Shown one piece after another: positions 8,621 to 18,287 of a stretch of DNA of 64,000 bases. Each line of letters starts with the position of its first letter. The first letter of the stretch is position 1. The stretch is from Acidobacteriota bacterium (GTDB taxonomy: Bacteria; Acidobacteriota; Vicinamibacteria; Vicinamibacterales; CAVVIG01). The notes beneath the pieces were generated by a model that was not told the DNA's origin, did no database searches, and was given only the letters and a program-made list of their open reading frames with translations. The stretch spans positions 7,452 through 71,451 of the forward strand of contig QHWB01000051.1 in assembly GCA_003222395.1 (NCBI GenBank), given 5' to 3'. A program made the position numbers and the translations under genes.

Positions 8621-9795
8621 AGCGCGAGCTGGCCCGGCTGGCGCGCTCGGTCGGCGAGTTCGACGCGAGCCGCTATTTCCGCGGCCCTCGCGATCTCGCG
8701 TTCTACAACGTCGGCACGCCGGCCATGCGCGCGCTGGCGCGATCGATCTACGCCGCCAACGCCGACACCTGGTCGATCGACGACGCGATGGCGCTCGCGA
8801 ACGCGCTGGTGGCCGATCGATATCTCGAGGCGAAGTCGATCGGTATCGAGATCGTCGCACGCTACAAGCGCGACTTCTCGCCGCGCCATCTGCCGACGTG
8901 GAAGCGATGGCTGGCGGAAAACCGTTCGGCGAACTGGGCGACCACCGACGGCATCTGCGGGTGCCTGATCGGTCCGCTGCTCGTCAAACATCCGGAGCTG
9001 GCCGAAGGGATGCGGGCGTGGTCGCGTCATCGGAACATGTGGGTCCGCCGGGCGTCGATCGTGGGTCTGATCCCGCTGGCGCGCCGCGGCGTCGCGCTCG
9101 ACATCGCGTACGACGTCGCGAAGACGCTCCATCGCGACAAGGAAGATCTCGTTCAGAAGGCCGTTGGCTGGACGCTGCGCGAGGCCGGCAAAGCCGATCC
9201 GGCGCGACTCGAGCGCTACCTGCGCGCGAACGGGCCGTCCATTCCGCGGACGACCGTCCGCTATGCGATCGAGCGCTTCGATGAGAAGAAGCGCCGCGAG
9301 CTGCTGTCCGTGACGCTCGGTTCCGGATACGCGCGAGCGCAACCGCGCGACCCGTCGACCCTTCGCGAGCCTCAGGGTCGAGGCGGGGCGCCGCGGCAAA
9401 TGAACGAAGACAGGTTCAAACACAAACCGCGGATCGAGAAGCTCGGTGTCAAGGCGGGCACACGCGTGGCGCTGATCGCCGTCGGCGACAAGGACTTCTC
9501 GCAGGAGGTCCGGCGCGTCGCCGAGGATGTGACGATCGGCCGCGCGCCGGCCGGGTGCGACATCATCTTCTTCGGCGCGGTCAGCGCGAAGGAGCTCGTC
9601 CGGGTCGCGACGCTGAAGACGTGGATGAAGCCCAACGGCGCTCTGTGGGTCATCCGTCCGAAGGGACGGCCGGAGATCTCCGAGCGCGCCGTGATGGACG
9701 CGGGCAAAGCGGCGGGTCTCGTCGACGTGAAGGTCGTCAGCTTTTCCGAGACGCACACCGCGGAGAAGTTCGTGATTCCGCTGGCGGCGAGGTGA
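8593..9795 (+). CDS. AlkD-like DNA alkylation repair (HEAT-like) protein continuous in frame with a DUF3052-like C-terminal domain
   Basis: N-part: ..ANWATTDGICGCLIGPL..WVRRASIV..VQKAVGWTLRE.. (AlkD/AlkC-like). C-part from MNEDRFKHKPRIEKLGVKAGTRV (ATG 9400) resembles DUF3052. No stop in frame between them. ATG 8593 overlaps the rlmI end. Confidence 0.7.
   Translation: MLHPTKARVKRELARLARSVGEFDASRYFRGPRDLAFYNVGTPAMRALARSIYAANADTWSIDDAMALANALVADRYLEAKSIGIEIVARYKRDFSPRHLPTWKRWLAENRSANWATTDGICGCLIGPLLVKHPELAEGMRAWSRHRNMWVRRASIVGLIPLARRGVALDIAYDVAKTLHRDKEDLVQKAVGWTLREAGKADPARLERYLRANGPSIPRTTVRYAIERFDEKKRRELLSVTLGSGYARAQPRDPSTLREPQGRGGAPRQMNEDRFKHKPRIEKLGVKAGTRVALIAVGDKDFSQEVRRVAEDVTIGRAPAGCDIIFFGAVSAKELVRVATLKTWMKPNGALWVIRPKGRPEISERAVMDAGKAAGLVDVKVVSFSETHTAEKFVIPLAAR
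9309..9399 (-). repeat. diverged inverted copy (C) of the composite element at 37463-37604, forming the open linker of the AlkD/DUF3052 ORF
   Basis: Reverse complement of 9309-9340 is GCGCTCGCGCGTATCCGGAACCGAGCGTCACGG. Copy A has CCGCTCGCGCGTATCCAGAACAGAACGTCGCAGC (about 27 of 34 identical). GGCGGGGCGCC at 9382-9392 resembles the module-1 hairpin. Confidence 0.55.
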
Positions 9796-9874
9796 GCTTG
9801 CAGCATTCATTCAAAAACAGATAATCCGAAACCGGACATCGCCTTACGCAATTCCTGATGACCGTATGGCCGCT

Positions 9875-10177
9875 TCACGGGCGCGGCCTCATGGTGCGTC
9901 GCTCGATGTCGAGCTCGCACACACCTCTCAGATCGTGGCGCTCGATCCACCGCGCCACCTCGCTCTCGTAATCGGGGTCGGACGGATTGCCCAGACGCCA
10001 TCCCTCCGGAGTCCACGCGCTGTACCCGTTCAGCGTCGGGATCGCGTGGTTGAGCGCCACGAACATCGAATCGATGTCGTACATCGTCCAATCGGCATTC
10101 AGGGCCGAACCGACGTAGTACGCCGACAGAACGAGGATGGGCAGCGTCGTCTCGAACGAACCCTTCGCGCGGATCAC
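9875..10177 (-). CDS. hypothetical protein (100 aa), ATGA-coupled to upstream GT-C gene
   Basis: ORF with GC3-rich codons. Start overlaps stop of 10174..11967 (ATGA). No recognised family. Confidence 0.45.
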   Translation of the reverse strand: MIRAKGSFETTLPILVLSAYYVGSALNADWTMYDIDSMFVALNHAIPTLNGYSAWTPEGWRLGNPSDPDYESEVARWIERHDLRGVCELDIERRTMRPRP

Positions 10178-11967
10178 GGGGCGACCGGCACGACCATCGG
10201 GATGATGCGGGCGCCGGCCAGATGCCGCGATCGGTCGTCCACTGAATAGACGCGCACGTTCGAGAGCCCGTAGTACTCGATTGCCGGCGGCCAGTCCACC
10301 TTCCCGATCGGGCTCGTGCGTCCGAATCGCTCGCGGAACTCACGTTCCTCCCAATGCTCGAGCAGAACGTACGGCGCGTAGCCGCGCGCGCGCACGACGT
10401 CCATCGCCGAATCGAGCCGCTCGGGCTCGATGTAATCCCAGCGCAGCGTCGGACGTCCGCTGTACAAGCGCACGCTGCCGCTGTGGATCAGGGTCAGCAC
10501 CACCGCGTTCGGCGCCAGGCGATGGCCGATGAATTCGCCGACCGCGGCGTAGCGGTCTTCGGCGCGTCCGATGTCGAACACGTTCAGCCGGTCGGCTTTC
10601 ACGAGATACCAGCAGGGCAGGAGGAGGCAAACGAGAAACGAGGCCGCGCCGCGCGCGCTGAGCGGCAAGCGTTCCAGTCCGCTGACGAGAACCGCGGACG
10701 TCAGGATGAACAGGAGCGGAATGGCCGGCAGCAGGAATCGAAGAAAGGTCCAATTGTCAAACACCGCGTAAAAGAGGTACGACAGCACGACGAGGAAAAT
10801 GAACGCGTACATCGCGGCCGCATGCCTGATGCGTGCCGCCAGCGGCGCCGCGAACGCGAGAAGAACGATCGGCGTATGAAGATCGAGCAGCCACCCTGCA
10901 TAGTTGCGCAGATTCGGCGTGACGTTCCTCCATTCGTACAACGTGCTCACAGGACCGTATCCGGATCGCAGCGGCGACCCGTACCACACGACGTTCAAAA
11001 CCGCCACCGCCGCACATGCCGGAGCGAGCCCGCATATAAATAATGATGCGCGGCCGAGCCGCGGGCGCCGCGCGCCGACGACAACCAGGAGCACCGCGGC
11101 GAGCACGACGAGATTCGGCCGCGTAAGGATGGCAGCCGCCGCGGCGAGTCCTGCCGCCAATGCCGTCAGACTTCCAGAACCGAGCGCGAACAGCCACGCG
11201 AGCAGCCACCACCCTGTGGCGGGAACGTCGCTCATCGGCTCGAGCGATTGAAAGACGAAAATCGGACTGAAGGCGCAGAGCACGGCCGCGATCATCGCCG
11301 TCCGACGTCCGGCGAGGCGCGCGCCGATCAGATACGTGAGCCACACGGACAGTCCGGCGAGAAGCGGCACGACGAAGTACACGGCGTCGTCGCCGGCAAG
11401 TCGCGATGCGATCGCCATCGCGATCGGCAATCCCGCCGGGTACGTCGGAATCATCACGCCCGGAGTCGGCCCGAGGTCGTATCCGAGCGGCACAACGGCG
11501 CGTCCGAGCGTCGGCGCGAGCGCGGCGAACGGGTCGCGCCACACCACGTGCCCGGACGCCCACAGGCGCGCCTGCGACACGTAGCCGAATGCGTCGGAGC
11601 CGCCGGCCGCTCTGATCCCGTACTCGATCGCGATCGTCGCCGACGCCAACGCGGCGATGACGGCGATCGATCCGGACCAGCGCTCGAGCGCATACCAGCT
11701 CGCCGCGTGTCCCGACCTCCAATCGTGCAGCCAGAACGCTGCGACCGCGAAGACGACGCCGTTGCGAAACGGCTTGTACGTTTCCCACGATGAAACGCGG
11801 ATGCCCAGAACGCGCCACGAAAAACCGCCGACGGTCAGGTCCCAGATGACGACGGCGCAGCTGATCACGGCGAGCGCGATCAGCGCGGCTTCCACTTTCC
11901 GCCAGCGGGTGTAGCGGGCCCGCCACGCGCCGGCCGCGTCGTGTGGATGTGTCGCCACGTTTTCCAT
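10174..11967 (-). CDS. GT-C fold (ArnT/PMT-like) integral membrane glycosyltransferase-like protein
   Basis: ORF trimmed to ATG 11967 (MENVATHP). More than 10 TM helices, first-loop GGSDAFGYV acidic/aromatic motif, soluble C-terminal domain. Confidence 0.7.
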   Translation of the reverse strand: MENVATHPHDAAGAWRARYTRWRKVEAALIALAVISCAVVIWDLTVGGFSWRVLGIRVSSWETYKPFRNGVVFAVAAFWLHDWRSGHAASWYALERWSGSIAVIAALASATIAIEYGIRAAGGSDAFGYVSQARLWASGHVVWRDPFAALAPTLGRAVVPLGYDLGPTPGVMIPTYPAGLPIAMAIASRLAGDDAVYFVVPLLAGLSVWLTYLIGARLAGRRTAMIAAVLCAFSPIFVFQSLEPMSDVPATGWWLLAWLFALGSGSLTALAAGLAAAAAILTRPNLVVLAAVLLVVVGARRPRLGRASLFICGLAPACAAVAVLNVVWYGSPLRSGYGPVSTLYEWRNVTPNLRNYAGWLLDLHTPIVLLAFAAPLAARIRHAAAMYAFIFLVVLSYLFYAVFDNWTFLRFLLPAIPLLFILTSAVLVSGLERLPLSARGAASFLVCLLLPCWYLVKADRLNVFDIGRAEDRYAAVGEFIGHRLAPNAVVLTLIHSGSVRLYSGRPTLRWDYIEPERLDSAMDVVRARGYAPYVLLEHWEEREFRERFGRTSPIGKVDWPPAIEYYGLSNVRVYSVDDRSRHLAGARIIPMVVPVAP

Positions 11968-12026
11968 TCGTTCGGTTCTGGAACGGACCAGCCGTGCAAG
12001 CGAGGTACCGCGTGTTATAGTCCCAG

Positions 12027-13773
<1,747 letters not shown>

Positions 13774-13774
<1 letters not shown>

Positions 13775-15072
13775 TGGCCGCGCGCGGCGTGCGCCATTTC
13801 GTCGCCGCGACCGCGGTCGTTGCGGTCGCGGCGTATATCGCGATTTACACCTTCTCTCTCGCCGACGCCCCGATTCGCTCCGACGGCTACAGCTACTACG
13901 TCTATCTGCCCGCCACCTTCATCTACGGCGATCCGTCGCTCGAGGCGCTGTCGCGCGACTGGTACGGCGGCGCCTTTCCCGATTTCACCGCTATCCGGCG
14001 GTTTCCGTCCACGGGCCGCTGGCTGGACGCGTGCCCGATCGGCGCGGCGCTTCTCATGTTCCCGTTCTTCGGCGTCGGGCATCTCCTCTCGTGGTGGTCC
14101 AACCTGCCGCGCGACGGCTTTTCGTTCTACTACCAACATGCGGCCGGCCTGGCAGGCGTCACGTACTTTCTCTGCGGTCTTGCGATCGTGCGCTCGATGC
14201 TGCGGCAGCGATTCGGCGAAGGCGTCGCGCTTGCGACGCTGGTCGCGCTGACGTGGGGCACGAACCTGTTTCACTACGGCACGTTCGATGCGACGTTCAG
14301 CCACGCGTCTTCTTTCTTCTTAATCTGCGGCTGGATCGCTCTGGTCGATCGATGGTGGGAGCGGCCGGCGGCGCTGCGCTCGGCCGGGCTCGGGGCACTG
14401 GCCGGCTTGATCGTGCTCACACGGAACCTGAACGCGATCTTCCTTCTCGTGCTGCCGCTGTACGGAATCGCGACGCTGCGCGACATGCGTCGGCGCATTG
14501 GCGTGCTCTGGCAGCGTCGTGCGGCGCTGACGCTCGCCGCGATCGTCGGGATTAGTGTGCTGCTGCCACAATTCGTGCTCTACAAGTGGACGACCGGATC
14601 GTGGATTGTGAACTCGTATCAATTGCTGAACAATCGATTCGCGTTCGGATCGCCGCAATTGGCCGCCGTTCTCTTCAGCCCGCAGAAGGGGCTGTTCTTC
14701 TGGTCGCCGCTGCTGCTGCTCGCCGTCGTCGGCGCCTTCGTCGCGCGCGGCTGGGCGCGGGGACTCGTTGCCGCCGCGGCGATCGTGTTCGGCCTTCAGG
14801 CCTACATCGTCGCGAGCTGGAGCGATTGGCAGCTTGGCGGCAGTTACGGCAGCCGTGCGTTCACTGACGGACTCGGTCTGGCCGCGCCGCTCGTCGCAGC
14901 GTGTTTCGAATGGGCCGCCGCGCGCCGTCACGCGCATACGCTTATCGCCGGGTTCGCCGCGGTCGCCGTGCTCCTCTCACTCGTCCAGATGGTTCAGTAC
15001 TGGAACGGCATCATTCCGTTCGCCGGCACGACGTGGGCGCAATACCGGTCGCTGTTCCTGCGGCTGCGATGA
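13774..15072 (+). CDS. GT-C-like polytopic membrane protein (putative glycosyltransferase)
   Basis: ORF 13510..15072 trimmed to ATG 13774, which shares one nt with the thiC stop (TGATG). About 11 TM helices, first-loop IRSDGYSYYVY motif. Confidence 0.7.
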
Positions 15073-15539
15073 GCGCGCGCGCCATACGCCGGACGGCGAT
15101 CGCGATCGCGATGCTGGCCGCCGTCCTGTACCTTCGCGACCCGCCGTGGGCCGGCAGGATGACGTCGGGTCTGCGGTCGTGGGAAGAGGATCCGCCCGGC
15201 ACACGTTTCCGCTGGACGTTCGGCCGCGCGACGTTTTTCATCCCGGCAGACGCGACCGCGATGACGCTGCCGCTGCGCTCGGTATTTCCCGGACCTGGCG
15301 GCGCAGCGGTCGCGGTCGACGTCCGTGTCGACGATCGATGGCTCGCGACGATCCAGCTGACCGAGCCGGATGCGTGGGTTCGTCCGCTGCTGCCGATCGG
15401 ACGACGGCCGACGAATCGACGCTATCGGCGCGTCGATTTGCGAATCAGCCGCGTGGTGCCGCCGTTCATGCTCGGCGTCATGACGGGCGACGTCCTCCTC
15501 GAGGGATCTACCGTACGGTCGCTGGCACGATCTGAATGA
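15069..15539 (+). CDS. membrane-anchored hypothetical protein (156 aa)
   Basis: ATG 15069 overlaps upstream stop (ATGA). N-terminal anchor AIAIAMLAAVLYL. No family recognised. Confidence 0.5.
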   Translation: MSARAIRRTAIAIAMLAAVLYLRDPPWAGRMTSGLRSWEEDPPGTRFRWTFGRATFFIPADATAMTLPLRSVFPGPGGAAVAVDVRVDDRWLATIQLTEPDAWVRPLLPIGRRPTNRRYRRVDLRISRVVPPFMLGVMTGDVLLEGSTVRSLARSE

Positions 15540-16161
15540 CCGTCGGAAAGCGTGCCGGCGCGCCGCCGGGTTTCGGGTTCGGATACCCCTGCGATGCTTC
15601 GGACTGATAATCCTTGACCGTGACGCCCGGCGGAAACGCCATCGTGTCCTCGTTGTACTTGCCGACGTCGAATTCGTGCGTCGCCGGCGTGTCGTACACG
15701 AGCTCGCCCTTCTGCTTGAGCGCTGCGCGGTAATAGACGACGACGTCGACAAACGGCGCCGCGGATCCGAAGATGTAATATCGCTGGCCGCGTCCCGCGT
15801 CATAGGAGGCGAGGAACTGTGAGCCCGGATAGATCGGCACACCGAGCGTCGCTTCAGTCGGCGTCCCTTCAGCTGCGGCGGGCTGCGGTGCCGGCTGCGC
15901 CTGGCGCGGCGCCGGCTGCGTTACCGGCGGCGGCGCCTGAGGCGGCGCGCCCGGTCGCGGAAACGGCTGCGGCACCGGCGGCTGCGCGGCGAAGAGGGTC
16001 AGTGGCGAGAGCGCGCAGACCAAGATCAACCACAGAGACGCAGAGGCCCAGAGCGCAGGCCGCCGCCGTCGACCCGAGCGGCGTTCACGGTCTGCGCACT
16101 GCTTGTTCGAGTATCTCTGGGTCTCGGTGTCTCCGTGGTTTGCGTTGGTCTGCGCGCTCAT
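15508..16161 (-). CDS. secreted proline-rich hypothetical protein
   Basis: RRRRP + LWASASLWLILVCALSPLTLFAAQ signal-like segment, then PQPFPRPGAPPQAPPPV.. and a globular C-terminal domain. Start uncertain. Confidence 0.5.
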   Translation of the reverse strand: MSAQTNANHGDTETQRYSNKQCADRERRSGRRRRPALWASASLWLILVCALSPLTLFAAQPPVPQPFPRPGAPPQAPPPVTQPAPRQAQPAPQPAAAEGTPTEATLGVPIYPGSQFLASYDAGRGQRYYIFGSAAPFVDVVVYYRAALKQKGELVYDTPATHEFDVGKYNEDTMAFPPGVTVKDYQSEASQGYPNPKPGGAPARFPTVIQIVPATVR

Positions 16162-16180
16162 GGCAAGTCAGTACTCCCCA

Positions 16181-17374
16181 ATGAGCCGATTATACGACCT
16201 GCAGAATTTCTGTCGCGGCGAGCGCGAGTGGCTGCTCGAGACGATCGAAACGCTCGTGCGCCTCGAATCGCCGACCACCGACAAGAGGGCAGTCGATCGC
16301 TGCGGCGCCGAGCTCGCCGCGCGTCTCGACGCGATCGGTGGCCGTGTCACGACGCTGCCGCGCATCGAGCGCGGCGATCATCTGCGCGTCGAGTTCGATC
16401 ACGCGGTCGATCCGGCTGACGGCGGACGTCACGCGCGTCACGAACGGACGCGCCAGATCCTGCTCCTCGGTCATTTCGACACGGTCTGGCCCGTCGGCCA
16501 GCTCGACCGGATGCCGCTCGCGCGCATCGACGGGCGGCTGCACGGTCCGGGCGTCTTCGATATGAAGGCGGGCATCGCCATCGGCATGCTCGCGAGCCGC
16601 GCGCTCTTCGAGACCGGCGCGCCTCCAGCGCATCGCCTCGTGATGCTATGGACCAGCGACGAGGAGATTGGCAGCGCCACATCGCGGACGGCGATCGAGG
16701 ACGAAGCGCGCCGCAGCGATGTCGTCTTCGTGCTCGAGCCGTCGTTGCCCGGCGGCGCGCTGAAAACGGCGCGCAAGGGATGCGGCAGCTACGAGGTGAT
16801 CGTCCGCGGCATCGCGGCGCATGCCGGCATCGAACCGGAAAAGGGCGCGAGCGCAGTGCAGGAGCTCGCGCATCAGATCCTGCGCATCAACGCGCTGCAG
16901 GACCTGGGTCGAGGCGTCTCGGTCAACGTCGTACAAATGAGCGGCGGCCTGCGGTCGAACGTCATCCCGGACCAGGCCCGCGCGGTCGTCGACGTGCGCG
17001 CATCGGACGCGGCGGCGGCAGCCGAGGTGGAGGCGGCGTTCCTGGAACTGTCGCCGATCGATCCGAGGACCCACGTGGAAGCGCGCGGCGGATTCGATCG
17101 ACCGCCGCTCGAACGCACCGACAAAGTCGTGACGCTGTTCCAGCAGGCGCGCGCGGTCGCCCGTCAGCTGGGTCAGGATCTGGCCGAAGGAGCGACCGGC
17201 GGCGGGTCCGACGGAAACTTTACGGCCGCGCTCGGCGTCCCAACACTTGACGGACTCGGCGCCCTCGGGGATGGCGCGCACGCCCTCCACGAACACGTCA
17301 TCATCGACGCGCTTCCGGATCGAGCGGCTTTAGTGGCCGGCTTGATAGGGACGCTTGGCGAACGGCATACTTGA
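16181..17374 (+). CDS. M20-family dimetal peptidase (carboxypeptidase G2/ArgE-like)
   Basis: GHFDTVWP, VFDMKAG, TSDEEIGS, GGGSDGNF motifs. ATG 16181 chosen because ATG 16160 would abut the divergent gene start. Confidence 0.85.
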   Translation: MSRLYDLQNFCRGEREWLLETIETLVRLESPTTDKRAVDRCGAELAARLDAIGGRVTTLPRIERGDHLRVEFDHAVDPADGGRHARHERTRQILLLGHFDTVWPVGQLDRMPLARIDGRLHGPGVFDMKAGIAIGMLASRALFETGAPPAHRLVMLWTSDEEIGSATSRTAIEDEARRSDVVFVLEPSLPGGALKTARKGCGSYEVIVRGIAAHAGIEPEKGASAVQELAHQILRINALQDLGRGVSVNVVQMSGGLRSNVIPDQARAVVDVRASDAAAAAEVEAAFLELSPIDPRTHVEARGGFDRPPLERTDKVVTLFQQARAVARQLGQDLAEGATGGGSDGNFTAALGVPTLDGLGALGDGAHALHEHVIIDALPDRAALVAGLIGTLGERHT

Positions 17375-17377
17375 GTC

Positions 17378-18208
17378 ATGGCGAACACAGTCAAAACAAC
17401 GTTGCTGCTCGGTTTCATGACCGGGCTCTTTCTGCTCGTCGGCGAGCTGATTGGCGGCGGACAGGGCCTTGTCGTTGGCTTCCTGTTCGCCGTCGTGACG
17501 AACTTCGTCTCGTACTTCTGGTCCGACAAGATCGTCCTGCGCAGCTACGGAGCGCAGGAGGTCGGCGCGGACCATCGCTTGTACCGGATCGTGGCGCATC
17601 TCGCGCAGCGCGCCGGGCTGCCGATGCCGCGGGTGTACATCATTCCGGAGGCGTCGCCCAACGCGTTCGCCACGGGACGCAATCCGCAGCACGCGGCGGT
17701 CGCCGCCACCGAAGGCATCCTCCAGATTCTCGACGACAACGAGCTGACAGGCGTGCTGGCGCACGAGCTCGCGCACGTCAAACACCGCGACATCCTCATC
17801 AGCTCGGTCGCGGCGACGATGGCGGGCGCCATCATCATGATCGCGCGCTTCGCCATGTTCTGGGGCGGAAGCCGCGACGATCGCGACGGCGGCAATCCGA
17901 TCGCGGCGATCGCGATGATGATCCTGGCGCCGATTGCGGCGACGCTGATTCAGGCCGCCATCTCGCGCTCGCGCGAATTCGACGCGGACGCGGGCGGCGC
18001 CTCGATCACCGGCAACCCGCTCGGCCTTGCCAGCGCGCTCAGGAAGATCGAGAGCGCGTCGAAGGTGGTGCCGCTCGAGGCGAATCCGGCCACGGCGCAC
18101 ATGTTCATCATCAAGCCGTTCTCGGTTTCCGGCCTTCTCGGTCTCTTCAGTACGCATCCGCCGACCGAAGCCCGCATTGCCGCGCTAACGGAACTGTCTC
18201 GGCAGTAG
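17378..18208 (+). CDS. htpX: zinc metalloprotease HtpX (M48)
   Basis: HELAHVKHRD (HExxH), 4 TM helices, C-terminal STHPPTEARI. Confidence 0.93.
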   Translation: MANTVKTTLLLGFMTGLFLLVGELIGGGQGLVVGFLFAVVTNFVSYFWSDKIVLRSYGAQEVGADHRLYRIVAHLAQRAGLPMPRVYIIPEASPNAFATGRNPQHAAVAATEGILQILDDNELTGVLAHELAHVKHRDILISSVAATMAGAIIMIARFAMFWGGSRDDRDGGNPIAAIAMMILAPIAATLIQAAISRSREFDADAGGASITGNPLGLASALRKIESASKVVPLEANPATAHMFIIKPFSVSGLLGLFSTHPPTEARIAALTELSRQ

Positions 18209-18256
18209 GGCGGATTGTGGCCGTCTGGCCACATCGATCACGTGGCGTGCGTCTTG

Positions 18257-18283
18257 CTGCCTCCGTCATGCAGACGGAGGCAG
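18257..18283 (+). promoter_or_regulatory. perfect 11-bp hairpin sequestering the Shine-Dalgarno of the Clp ATPase gene
   Basis: CTGCCTCCGTC-ATGCA-GACGGAGGCAG. GGAGG at 18276-18280 lies 7 nt before GTG 18288 and pairs with CCTCC at 18260-18264. Confidence 0.4.
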
Positions 18284-18287
18284 ACCG

